A DNA stretch of 64,000 nucleotides from Elusimicrobiales bacterium. Lineage in GTDB: Bacteria; Elusimicrobiota; Elusimicrobia; Elusimicrobiales; UBA9959. Positions within the stretch are counted from its first letter, which is position 1, and every line of letters begins with the position of its first letter. A program made the translations under genes and the position numbers. This document shows, piece by piece, positions 18,297 through 26,629 of the stretch. Under the pieces are notes generated by a model that saw only the letters and a list, made by a program, of their open reading frames with translations, did not search any database and was not told the origin of the DNA. Location of the stretch: NCBI GenBank assembly GCA_031082205.1, contig JAVHLJ010000002.1, positions 12,557-76,556 of the forward strand, written 5' to 3'.

Positions 18297-18488
18297 TTAA
18301 TGGCCGCAGCAGCCGTTGCAGGTGTGTCCGCCCGGGTTCATCGGGCAGCCGCCTCCGTCCTGTCCGCCGCCGCCTTTCTTGAGGCCGGGGATATCGTCGG
18401 ACACTTTCACGACCTTGCCCAGCTTCTTGTCGTAGACGTAGCGGCCGGTGGGTTTTTCCGTTTTCGGATCTTCTTTCTGTTCTGACAT
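18297..18488 (-). CDS. small Gly/Cys-rich hypothetical protein (63 aa)
   Basis: Internal ATG of track ORF 18297..18575; the upstream part of that ORF runs into tRNA-derived sequence. GC3-rich codons. C-terminus is GGGGQDGGGCPMNPGGHTCNGCCGH. No clear SD. Confidence 0.45.
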   Translation of the reverse strand: MSEQKEDPKTEKPTGRYVYDKKLGKVVKVSDDIPGLKKGGGGQDGGGCPMNPGGHTCNGCCGH

Positions 18489-18495
18489 AAAAATC

Positions 18496-18511
18496 TGGTG
18501 CGCCCGACAGG
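18496..18511 (-). repeat. 16-nt direct duplicate of the tRNA-Arg 3' end (att-like)
   Basis: TGGTGCGCCCGACAGG is identical to 18598-18613 (CCA + discriminator + acceptor 3' strand + T-stem 3' strand). Confidence 0.8.
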
Positions 18512-18597
18512 CGAGCTGGGGTCGCGGAAAAGCGCTATGCGCTTTATCCGTGACTCGAACGTTCGATTCCGTCAAACGTTCTTCAACTTAAAAAAAT

Positions 18598-18672
18598 TGG
18601 TGCGCCCGACAGGAATCGAACCTATATCACCGCCTTCGCAGGGCGGTACTCTATCCTTTGAGCTACGGGCGC
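18598..18672 (-). tRNA. tRNA-Arg (anticodon GCG)
   Basis: The reverse complement folds as a cloverleaf: acceptor GCGCCCG/CGGGCGC, anticodon arm CCGCC-CTGCGAA-GGCGG, T arm ATAGG-TTCGATT-CCTGT, encoded CCA. Confidence 0.9.
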
Positions 18673-18725
18673 CTCTTAAAGAACGAAGCTATATTTTACC
18701 AGTTTCAGGGTCTTAAAACAAAACC

Positions 18726-20699
18726 TCAGAAAGAGAGCCGGGCCTCGGCGAAGAAGCGGCGGCCGGGCTGGACGTACCGGTCCGGCGGCCGGTTGGAGGT
18801 GTGATACCAGGTCTCGTTGAAGACGTTCTTCGCCATGAAGCGCAGTTCCAGGCCCCCGGAGAGGAGAACGGAGAGCGTGGCGTCGGCCACCAGGGCGGAG
18901 TCCACCTTGTCCGTTCCCGTCGCGGCTATCACGGACGGGTTCTTCCTGCTCCCGTAACGCCTGGCGGATAAGTCCAGCTTCGCGGGCCCGGCCGGGTCCC
19001 AGGTCAGGCCGGCGCCGGAATTATGAAGCCCTATCTCGGCCACCCTCGCCCCGTCCTCGTCCTCGGAATCCTGGAAGGAGTGGTTTACGTGTCCCTTGAA
19101 CCGGCCGCGGGAGAACTCCAGGCGCGCTTCCGCGCCGCGGACGGATATTTCGCCGGCGTTCGTCCATCGGTCGGCGGCGCCGTCCAGTACCAGAAGGCCT
19201 TCGAGTTCATTCCGGTAAACGGATAAGGAAGCCAGCAGCCCGTGTGAGAACGCGTAGGCTCCCGCCAGCTCCATCGAGCGCAGCTTTTCGGGTTTCAGGG
19301 AATTGTTGCCCGCCCCGTAGGAATAGTCCCAGGGTTTCGGGGCGCGGAAGGCTTCGCCGTAGAGGGCCTTGAGCGAGAGGGCGTCGCGCGAGTATACGAG
19401 CCCGCCGCGGGGCGTGTAGACCTCTCCGTAACAGCCGCTGTCGTCGCGCCGCAAGCCCGCGACCAGCGAGAGGTCCCGGGTCAGGGCGTAATTACCCTGC
19501 GCGTACACGGTCAGCAGATCGTTGCGCGTCATATCGGGCGTGGCGGGGGCCGCCGGCCGTACCAGCGGGCTGCCGCTGTAGGTTGTGGAGAAGCTCCTCG
19601 CCAGACGTTCGTGCTCGAGGACCAGGCCCGCCGTCAGTTCGAAGGTCCCGGAGAGGCGCAGGTCGGCGCGGGTCTCCAGCCCCAACAGCTCGCCGGGCCT
19701 GTACTGGCCCACCTGTCCGCTGGAGGCGGTCAGGTCGTAGACCTCCGAGACCGTGTCGTCCATGACGGTGCTGGACCTGTAATAGAGGCGCGACTCCGCG
19801 CGCCGGTCCGCGTCGGCCGAGTGCAAGACCTTTAGCCAGGCGTTGGCGAACCTGATATGCCAGGCGGTGCCGAAGTCAAGGAGGTCGGTCCCTTCGGAGA
19901 CCGCATTCGTCGTCCGCGAGGCGCGCTTGTCCTGAACGGCCACGCCCAGCTCAAGCCGGCCGCGGGACAGCTTCCCGTCGAAGGCCCAGTCCTCCTCGAA
20001 ATTCTCCATGCCGGCGGACCAGTTGCCGTCGCCGCGCGCGCCTCCCATCCCGTACTTGTCGCCGCGCTTCATCACGGCCGAGAAGCTCAGGCCCGTGCCG
20101 CCTTCGTACCTGCGGGCGAACGAAAGCCCCGCTGCGCCGCTGTTCTCCGTCCCCCGCATGAACGAGGCTGAACCGCCGGCGTCCTCCGGGTCCCTGGTTA
20201 TCATGTTCACCACGCCCGAGACGGCGTTGGTCCCGTAAAGGGCGGAGGCCGGCCCGTAGACCACCTCTATCCTTTTGACATTGGCGAGATTGTGCTGAGC
20301 CCCGCCGTAGAAGCCGCCCGAGTTGAGCTCGTTGATCTGCACTCCGTCCACCAGCAGGAGTATGAGGTTGTTCTGGCTGGGCAGGCCGCGCAGGAAGACG
20401 TAGCTGTTGAAGCCGGAGATGTCGCGGAACTGGAAGCCGGGCAGACCGGAGAGGGCCTCCTCCAGCGTGAGATAGCCGCGCTCGCGTATCTCCTCGGCGG
20501 TGATGACGCGCACCGTGGCGGCGGCCTTCGAAGCGGGCTCCGGGTGCTTGGAGGCCGAGACCACCTCGAGGTTCATCAGCTCCGCCAGGTCGTAGGTGAG
20601 CAGCTCTTCCAGCCCCGGCCCGGCCGCCGGCGCCGCCGCCGCGGCGGCCGGAAAGATAAAAGCCGCCGAAAAGACCGCCGTTCTCAAGAGCCTGTTCAT
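18726..20699 (-). CDS. TonB-dependent outer-membrane receptor
   Basis: Signal peptide. Plug-domain blocks (VRVITAEEI..RGYLTLEEALSGLPGF, VDGVQIN, IEVVYGPASALYGTNAVSGVVNMITR). Terminal ...EARLSF. Confidence 0.9.
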   Translation of the reverse strand: MNRLLRTAVFSAAFIFPAAAAAAPAAGPGLEELLTYDLAELMNLEVVSASKHPEPASKAAATVRVITAEEIRERGYLTLEEALSGLPGFQFRDISGFNSYVFLRGLPSQNNLILLLVDGVQINELNSGGFYGGAQHNLANVKRIEVVYGPASALYGTNAVSGVVNMITRDPEDAGGSASFMRGTENSGAAGLSFARRYEGGTGLSFSAVMKRGDKYGMGGARGDGNWSAGMENFEEDWAFDGKLSRGRLELGVAVQDKRASRTTNAVSEGTDLLDFGTAWHIRFANAWLKVLHSADADRRAESRLYYRSSTVMDDTVSEVYDLTASSGQVGQYRPGELLGLETRADLRLSGTFELTAGLVLEHERLARSFSTTYSGSPLVRPAAPATPDMTRNDLLTVYAQGNYALTRDLSLVAGLRRDDSGCYGEVYTPRGGLVYSRDALSLKALYGEAFRAPKPWDYSYGAGNNSLKPEKLRSMELAGAYAFSHGLLASLSVYRNELEGLLVLDGAADRWTNAGEISVRGAEARLEFSRGRFKGHVNHSFQDSEDEDGARVAEIGLHNSGAGLTWDPAGPAKLDLSARRYGSRKNPSVIAATGTDKVDSALVADATLSVLLSGGLELRFMAKNVFNETWYHTSNRPPDRYVQPGRRFFAEARLSF

Positions 20700-20724
20700 G
20701 TTCCCCCCGTGTCCCCTGAGAAAA

Positions 20725-20752
20725 ACTATATTAAATCGGATGCGCTTGTAAA
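20725..20752 (-). promoter_or_regulatory. candidate promoter of the TonB-dependent receptor gene
   Basis: On the minus strand: TTTACA, 16-nt spacer, TATAGT, about 25 nt upstream of the GGGGGG SD and ATG. Confidence 0.3.
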
Positions 20753-20878
20753 GCGCCGGGGGCGATTGAACCGGCGCTGGTTATTTTGTCTAATTCAGGT
20801 GGGGGGATTCCTCGTCCAGATTATCCGGCGGCCGGCGGCCTTTTCCCGGTTCCACGGCCGGCGCGAGCAGGGGGTTCT

Positions 20879-21328
20879 ATGACGCAGAGCGACGTTTCCG
20901 CCGTGGAGATACTTCTCGTTGAGGACAACGAGGACGACGCCGCGCTAACGGCCAGGGCTTTCCGCAAGGCCAAGATGCGCAACCGTCTCAGCGTCGTCCC
21001 CGACGGAGTGGAGGCGCTCGCCTACCTAAAAAAAGAAGGGAGGTATTCCGACGCCGCCCGCCCGGACATTATCCTGCTGGATCTCAATCTCCCGCGCCTC
21101 AGCGGCCGCCAGGTGCTGGAGCGGATCAAGGCCGACCCGGACCTCAAGGATATCCCCGTTATAATACTCACCACTTCCAAGGCCGAGGAGGACGTGGCGC
21201 TGGCCTACAAGAGCCATACCAACTGCTTCATCTCCAAGCCGGTGGTCATGGAGGAGTTCGAGAAGGTCATAAAGGACATAGCCGATTTCTGGTTCGTGAT
21301 AGTGAGGCTGCCCCCCAAAGATAAATGA
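20879..21328 (+). CDS. single-domain response regulator (receiver only)
   Basis: Internal ATG preceded by AGGGGG. Motifs ILLVEDNEDD, DIILLDLNLP, ILTTS, KP. Confidence 0.85.
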   Translation: MTQSDVSAVEILLVEDNEDDAALTARAFRKAKMRNRLSVVPDGVEALAYLKKEGRYSDAARPDIILLDLNLPRLSGRQVLERIKADPDLKDIPVIILTTSKAEEDVALAYKSHTNCFISKPVVMEEFEKVIKDIADFWFVIVRLPPKDK

Positions 21329-21344
21329 GCGGCGCCAATAAACT

Positions 21345-22862
21345 ATGAATTTTTCCGGGATGTCCCTGCGGGCCAAGCTTACGGCCCTGATAATGTCGGT
21401 GACCCTGCTGGGGCTGGCGCTGGCTTTCATCCTGCTCTCGCTGGCGGATATGCGGGCCATGCGGGCGGCGCTCAGGCGCGAAGCGGTCATTTCGGCCAGG
21501 CTGGCCGCGGAATACTGCGTGGCGCCGCTGGCCTTCGGCTACGCCGAAGAGACGGCCGAGGCCCTGACCAAACTGGCGGCGCTCGAGGACATCGCCTACG
21601 CCGCGGCGTATGACGCCGGGGGCCGGCTTTTCGCCTGCTACAACTGCGGCGGCGGGGACTCGCCGCCCCGCGTCATGCCTCCCGCGGAGGAAGAGCGGGC
21701 CTTCTCCAGGATCATAGCCGTCAGGGAGCCGATGGTGTATAACGGCAGGGTCTACGGCACGCTGAGCCTGGGCGTCTCCACCCGGAATCTCTACCGCACC
21801 ATGGCCGGACGTCTCGCGCTGCTGGCCGTAATCGGCGCGGCGCTGGCGGCGCTGACTTTCTTTTTCGCGGTCAGGGCCCAGCGGGTGATATCCGCTCCCA
21901 TGCTCAGGCTCGCCGAGCTGGCCAGGGCCGTCGCGAGGCACGGCGATTATTCCGTCAGGACGGGGATAGAGCGCAGCGACGAGATAGGCACGCTCGCCGC
22001 CGGCATGGACGCGATGCTGGAGAACCTGGAGTCGCGCGGCCGTCAGCGCGACTCGGCCGAGGAGGCGCTCCGCGCGGCCCACGCCGGTCTGGAACGGGCG
22101 GTGGCCGAGCGTACGGCCGAACTCAAGGCCGCCAACGAGGAACTTGAGGCCTTCACCTATTCGGCCTCGCACGACCTGCGCGCCCCGCTGCGCCGCATAG
22201 ACGGTTTCGCGGCTATACTCGAGGAGGACCATGCCGCGGTCCTGCCCGAAGAAGCGCGCGGCGCCATCGCGAGGATACGCGCCGGCTGCCGCCAGATGGC
22301 CGGGGTCATAGACAGCCTGCTGAAACTTTCGAGGCTTATGCGCCAGTCGATAAACAGCGTTCCGCTCGACTTGAGCGCCATGGCCGAGGAGGCGGCCGCC
22401 AACCTGCGGGAGGCGGAGCCGGAGAGGACCGTCGCTTTCAGCGCCGCGCCCGGCCTGTACGCCCGAGGCGACCGCACGCTCATAGGCGAGGTGCTGGAGA
22501 ACCTCATAAGCAACGCCTGGAAGTTCAGCCGCCGTACCGCTGGAGCGAAGGTGGAGTTCGGCCTCGACGGCGGGGACGGGGAGGGCGCTTTTTTCGTGCG
22601 GGACAACGGCGCCGGTTTCGACATGGAATACGCCTCCAATCTTTTCCGGCCTTTCCAGCGCCTGCACGCGGCTTCGGATTTCCCCGGTACCGGGATAGGG
22701 CTTGTGACATGCCGGCGCATAATAGAGCGCCACGGCGGCAGGATCTGGGCCGAGGGAGAACCGGGCAAGGGCGCCGTATTCTACTTTACTCTGCCCGGCT
22801 CGGCGGGGAGGGGCAGCGATGCGGAAAAAGAGGGAATTTCAAAAGCGGAAGAGGGGGCTTGA
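21345..22862 (+). CDS. membrane sensor histidine kinase (N-terminal sensor + HAMP-like + HisKA + HATPase)
   Basis: Two TM segments. H-box SHDLRAPLRRI, N-box ISNAWKFS, G-boxes DNGAGF / GTGIGLVTC. Confidence 0.85.
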   Translation: MNFSGMSLRAKLTALIMSVTLLGLALAFILLSLADMRAMRAALRREAVISARLAAEYCVAPLAFGYAEETAEALTKLAALEDIAYAAAYDAGGRLFACYNCGGGDSPPRVMPPAEEERAFSRIIAVREPMVYNGRVYGTLSLGVSTRNLYRTMAGRLALLAVIGAALAALTFFFAVRAQRVISAPMLRLAELARAVARHGDYSVRTGIERSDEIGTLAAGMDAMLENLESRGRQRDSAEEALRAAHAGLERAVAERTAELKAANEELEAFTYSASHDLRAPLRRIDGFAAILEEDHAAVLPEEARGAIARIRAGCRQMAGVIDSLLKLSRLMRQSINSVPLDLSAMAEEAAANLREAEPERTVAFSAAPGLYARGDRTLIGEVLENLISNAWKFSRRTAGAKVEFGLDGGDGEGAFFVRDNGAGFDMEYASNLFRPFQRLHAASDFPGTGIGLVTCRRIIERHGGRIWAEGEPGKGAVFYFTLPGSAGRGSDAEKEGISKAEEGA

Positions 22863-22863
22863 A

Positions 22864-23499
22864 ATGGCTAAAAAGGCGCTCAGGATACTGCTGATAGAGG
22901 ACGACCCGGACGACCTGGCGCTGACGCGCAGGGTCTTCAGCAGGACCAGGGCCGCGCAGATGCGTCTGAGCACCGCCCGCTCGATGAAGGAGGCCCTGGC
23001 CGCGCTGGGCAAGGAGCCTTTCGACGCGATAGTGGCCGACCTGAACCTGCCCGACAGCAGGGGACGGGATACTTTCGACAAGCTGGTGGAGTCCGCGCCC
23101 GAGACGCCGCTGCTGCTGCTCACCGTCGTTAACGACGAGGATATGGCTCTGGACCTGGTCAACCAGGGCGCTCAGGACTATATCGTCAAGGGCGACCTGA
23201 GCCCGGCGCTGCTGGCGCGAGCCGTCTTCTACGCCATAGAGCGCAAGGACTTCAACAGGAAGCAGGCGGAACTGGTCGCCAGCCTGGGCAAGGCCCTGAC
23301 CGAGGTGAAGACGCTCTCAGGCCTGCTGCCGATCTGCGCGGGGTGCAAAAAGATACGCGACTCGTACGGTAAGTGGCAGAACCTGGAGGATTATATCTCC
23401 AGCCGCACCGAGGCGGAATTCACCCACGGCTTCTGTCCCGATTGCGCGCACAAACTCTACCCGGAATTTTCCGGCAAGGAGAAGAAAACTCCCAAATGA
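22864..23499 (+). CDS. response regulator with C-terminal CxxC...CxxC module
   Basis: Receiver motifs (ILLIEDDPDD, DAIVADLNLPD, LLLTV, KG). C-terminus is LLPICAGCKKIRDSYGKWQNLEDYISSRTEAEFTHGFCPDCAHKLYPE. Confidence 0.85.
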   Translation: MAKKALRILLIEDDPDDLALTRRVFSRTRAAQMRLSTARSMKEALAALGKEPFDAIVADLNLPDSRGRDTFDKLVESAPETPLLLLTVVNDEDMALDLVNQGAQDYIVKGDLSPALLARAVFYAIERKDFNRKQAELVASLGKALTEVKTLSGLLPICAGCKKIRDSYGKWQNLEDYISSRTEAEFTHGFCPDCAHKLYPEFSGKEKKTPK

Positions 23500-24065
23500 A
23501 CATGAAGGCGGCGGGGAAAATACGCGGATGGGCGGCAGGCGGCCTGTGCCTGACTGCCTTCCTGGCGTTTTTCCCCGCGGCCCCGTCGGCGGAGACCGGG
23601 AACCTGGAAGCCGGGGTTAAGGCCGCCTATGTCTACAATTTCACCCAGTTCGTGGAATGGGAGACTCCCGCTTCCACCGGCGCCGCGCCCGGCGTGTTCA
23701 CTGTCTGCGTGCTGGGCGAAGGGGCGGTTCCGGCGGCGTTAGAGGCGCTGGCCGGCAGGAAAGCCGGCGCGGAAGAGATAAAAGTCGTGCGTCACAATGA
23801 CGCGTCCCTCTTCCCCGGATGCCGCATACTGTTCGTATCCCGCTCCGCGGCGAAGAGTCTGCCGGATACGCTTAAGGGCCTGGGCCGCGGTACGCTGACG
23901 GTGAGCGATATTCCCGGTTTCGCCAGGCGGGGCGGGATCATAGGTTTCTTTACCGAGGAAAAGAAGGTCCGGATAGAGGTGAATCCGCGCCTGGCCGGCG
24001 AGGCCGGCCTCAAGCTAAGCCCCCGCCTCCTGCAGGTCTCGAAGATAGTCGGCGACCCCCGCTAG
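23496..24065 (+). CDS. YfiR-like periplasmic protein (DUF4154 family)
   Basis: ATGA overlap with the upstream stop. Signal peptide. VKAAYVYNFTQFVEWE block. Size about 190 aa. Confidence 0.7.
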   Translation: MNMKAAGKIRGWAAGGLCLTAFLAFFPAAPSAETGNLEAGVKAAYVYNFTQFVEWETPASTGAAPGVFTVCVLGEGAVPAALEALAGRKAGAEEIKVVRHNDASLFPGCRILFVSRSAAKSLPDTLKGLGRGTLTVSDIPGFARRGGIIGFFTEEKKVRIEVNPRLAGEAGLKLSPRLLQVSKIVGDPR

Positions 24066-25885
24066 ATCCCCAGCAGTTTGCGCCACCACGGCTTCGCCGG
24101 TCGGGGAGCCGCCGGGACTTCCGAAGTTTCCTGCGCTTCGCCCTGTCCCCGGTACACCGGCATGCCGACCCTGAAAGTGGACCCTTTGCCCGGCTCGCTG
24201 TCCAGCGTCAGCCTGCCGCCCTGCATGACGGTCATGGCCTTGGTGATGGCGAGCCCGAGCCCGGTGCCTCCGACCTTCTCGCCCGAGGCCACCTGGACGA
24301 ACTTCTCGAAGATCTTCTCCTGGTCCTCTTTCTTTATCCCGGGGCCGCTGTCCTTTACCGAGAAGAAGACGTAGTTGGAGAGAGCTTCCTTGCCGGCGTC
24401 CACGCTTATTTCTATCCGCCCCCTGTTCGGCGTGAACTTTATGGCGTTGGAGAGCAGGTTTATGAGCACCTGCGTGGTGCGGTTGGGGTCGGCGTAGACC
24501 GCCGGCAGTTCCGGCTCGGTCCGCAGGTCCAGCGTTATCCCCTTGGACTGGGCCCAGGCCTTCATCGACTCGGAGGCCTCGCGGGCTATCTCGGCCGGGG
24601 CGGAGCGCGCCTGGCGGAACACGAGCTTGCCCGACTGCAGCTTGGAGAAGTCGAGTATGTCGGTGATGATGGAATTCAGGCGCTCGGCGTTGCGGATGGC
24701 GGTGTTGAGCACGGTCTGCGACTCGGGGACGGTCCCGTCCTTGCGCAGCATGTCCAGCGCGGCCTTTATGGAGGTCAGCGGCGAGCGCAGCTCGTGGGTC
24801 ATGTTGGCCACGAAATCGGACTGGAGCTTGTCTATCTCTTTGAGCCTGGCCGCGTCGGTCGGTATGGAGACGGCGCCTACTATGCGCCCGTCCTCGTTCT
24901 GAACGATAGCGGTCGCCTTCTTTATCGTTTCGGCCAGGCCTTTGTCGCCGGCGGTGGCCACGCCCTTGTCCAGCTCTTTCTGGCTTTCCGGCCTTATCTC
25001 GCTGGCCAGCGACAGCACCTGGTTCTCCAGCGCGGCCACGTCCAGCAGTTTCTTGCCGGAGAGTTCGCCCAGACGCTTGCCCGACAGCGCCTCGGCCTGG
25101 GGGTTCATCATCAGGATCTTGCCTTCCGCGTCCACTACCACCACGCCTTCCGCGATGGAGGAGACCACGGCCTCGGTGCGGCTGATATCGTTCTCTATCT
25201 TGCGCTTTTCCTTCTTCACCTCTTCAAGCGCCTTGTTGACCCTCTCGTCCACCTCCTGCAGGAACTTCTTCATCAGCGCGTCCACGATGCGCTTCTGTTC
25301 CGCCGCGTCCGGGGTCAGGCGGGCGGCTATCAGCGAAAGCGACCTGGGGAAATCGGCCGGCTCCAGCTCTTCGGCCGCGGGAGCCCCCGGCGAGGCGGCC
25401 GTGCCGCCGGTACCGCCGTCGGAGCCGGGGGCCTGCGCGCCGGGCTTTATCGCGGCCTTGTCCCCGGCGGCCTCCACCTTGGCGTAGACCGATTTCGCCG
25501 GCGCTATGCCCGAGACCCCTTTCTCTTTCAGGTATTCGTAGGGGTCCGTCTTTACCGCCTGCGAGCCGCAGAAGGCCAGGAGTTCCTCGCGGGTCACGGA
25601 GGCCCTGAATGTCACCGTCTGGGCCTGGAACCGGGCGAAGACGTTCTTTATGGAATTGGGGACCTTGTCGGCGGGGAGGAACTCCGCGCCGTCGGCCAGC
25701 AGCTTGCCGTTATCGAGGGTGAGGTTTATCTCGCCGGAGGAAGCCAGCGGCGCCAGGGCGGCCAGCGTCTGGTCCAGCGCCTCCATCACCTGCGGATGGT
25801 CGCTCTTGTAGAGGTTGACCTGAACCAGCGAGCGGGTCAGGCCCTTGAGGAAATCTATCCAGAGTATCTTGGTCTCTTCGTTCAC
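24062..25885 (-). CDS. PAS sensor histidine kinase
   Basis: H-box THELRSPLTSI, N-box LSNAIKFTP, G-boxes DSGPGI / GTGLGLAITK. The central region is PAS-like. Confidence 0.85.
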   Translation of the reverse strand: MNEETKILWIDFLKGLTRSLVQVNLYKSDHPQVMEALDQTLAALAPLASSGEINLTLDNGKLLADGAEFLPADKVPNSIKNVFARFQAQTVTFRASVTREELLAFCGSQAVKTDPYEYLKEKGVSGIAPAKSVYAKVEAAGDKAAIKPGAQAPGSDGGTGGTAASPGAPAAEELEPADFPRSLSLIAARLTPDAAEQKRIVDALMKKFLQEVDERVNKALEEVKKEKRKIENDISRTEAVVSSIAEGVVVVDAEGKILMMNPQAEALSGKRLGELSGKKLLDVAALENQVLSLASEIRPESQKELDKGVATAGDKGLAETIKKATAIVQNEDGRIVGAVSIPTDAARLKEIDKLQSDFVANMTHELRSPLTSIKAALDMLRKDGTVPESQTVLNTAIRNAERLNSIITDILDFSKLQSGKLVFRQARSAPAEIAREASESMKAWAQSKGITLDLRTEPELPAVYADPNRTTQVLINLLSNAIKFTPNRGRIEISVDAGKEALSNYVFFSVKDSGPGIKKEDQEKIFEKFVQVASGEKVGGTGLGLAITKAMTVMQGGRLTLDSEPGKGSTFRVGMPVYRGQGEAQETSEVPAAPRPAKPWWRKLLGI

Positions 25886-25957
25886 GGTTCAAGCCCCCTC
25901 TCCGCCTAGATTATACAAAAAGCCGTCCTGCAAGGGCCCCGCTTTCCCGGCCGCTCA

Positions 25958-25971
25958 TATAATCATATAAT
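25958..25971 (+). promoter_or_regulatory. tandem TATAAT boxes directly upstream of the M50 protease start (near-leaderless)
   Basis: TATAAT at 25958-25963 and 25966-25971. ATG at 25980 with no SD between. Confidence 0.35.
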
Positions 25972-25979
25972 TTGACGCG

Positions 25980-26621
25980 ATGGAGTGGCTCTTACAGGTC
26001 CCGATACTTCTTTTTTCGATAATCTTCCACGAGTACGCCCACGGCTACGCGGCCTACAGGCGCGGGGACGATACGGCCTACCTCATGGGCCGGCTGACCT
26101 TCAATCCCGTCCCCCACATAGACCCTTTCGGCACCGTGCTGATGCCCGCCCTCTGCGCGCTGATGGGATTGCCGATGTTCGGCTGGGCCAAACCCGTGCC
26201 CGTAAACCCCCTGCGGCTGGACCGGCCGCGGGCCGACATGTCCTGGGTCGCTTTCAGCGGCCCTCTATCCAATCTCTTCCTGGCCGTTCTGTCGGCCCTT
26301 CTCTACAAGGCCGTGGTACTGGGCATGCCGCTGCTCGACGCGGGCCTGGCCTCCACCCTTCTAACGGGCCTGCGCTTCGCGGTCATTATAAACCTCGCGC
26401 TGGCCTTCTTCAACCTGGTCCCCATCTACCCGCTCGACGGCAGCCAGGTGCTGATGGGCCGCCTGCCCGACGGCGCCCTGCGGATATATGAAAAACACCT
26501 GCCCTACGGAATTTATATAATCTTTGGTCTGATACTGACGGGCGTCCTCAAATACATCATCCTCGCCCCCGTCTATTACGCGCTGACCCTGCTGGCCGCT
26601 CTCGGCCTGCCGGTGATCTGA
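25980..26621 (+). CDS. site-2 protease family (M50) membrane metalloprotease
   Basis: HEYAHG zinc motif, polytopic membrane protein, block FNLVPIYPLDG. Confidence 0.85.
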   Translation: MEWLLQVPILLFSIIFHEYAHGYAAYRRGDDTAYLMGRLTFNPVPHIDPFGTVLMPALCALMGLPMFGWAKPVPVNPLRLDRPRADMSWVAFSGPLSNLFLAVLSALLYKAVVLGMPLLDAGLASTLLTGLRFAVIINLALAFFNLVPIYPLDGSQVLMGRLPDGALRIYEKHLPYGIYIIFGLILTGVLKYIILAPVYYALTLLAALGLPVI

Positions 26622-26629
26622 GAAGATTT

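Noticed and set aside
18512-18597. Possible second tRNA or tRNA pseudogene between the duplicated 3' ends.
   Set aside because: No 5' acceptor strand (GCGCCCG) and no D arm or anticodon arm can be formed. Only an inverted T-loop-like fragment and a small hairpin are present.
24062-24065. Convergent genes sharing a CTAG so that both stop codons overlap.
   Set aside because: It is real but trivial. A palindromic TAG/CTA overlap is expected by chance at tightly packed convergent gene ends. It is mentioned only within the cluster finding.
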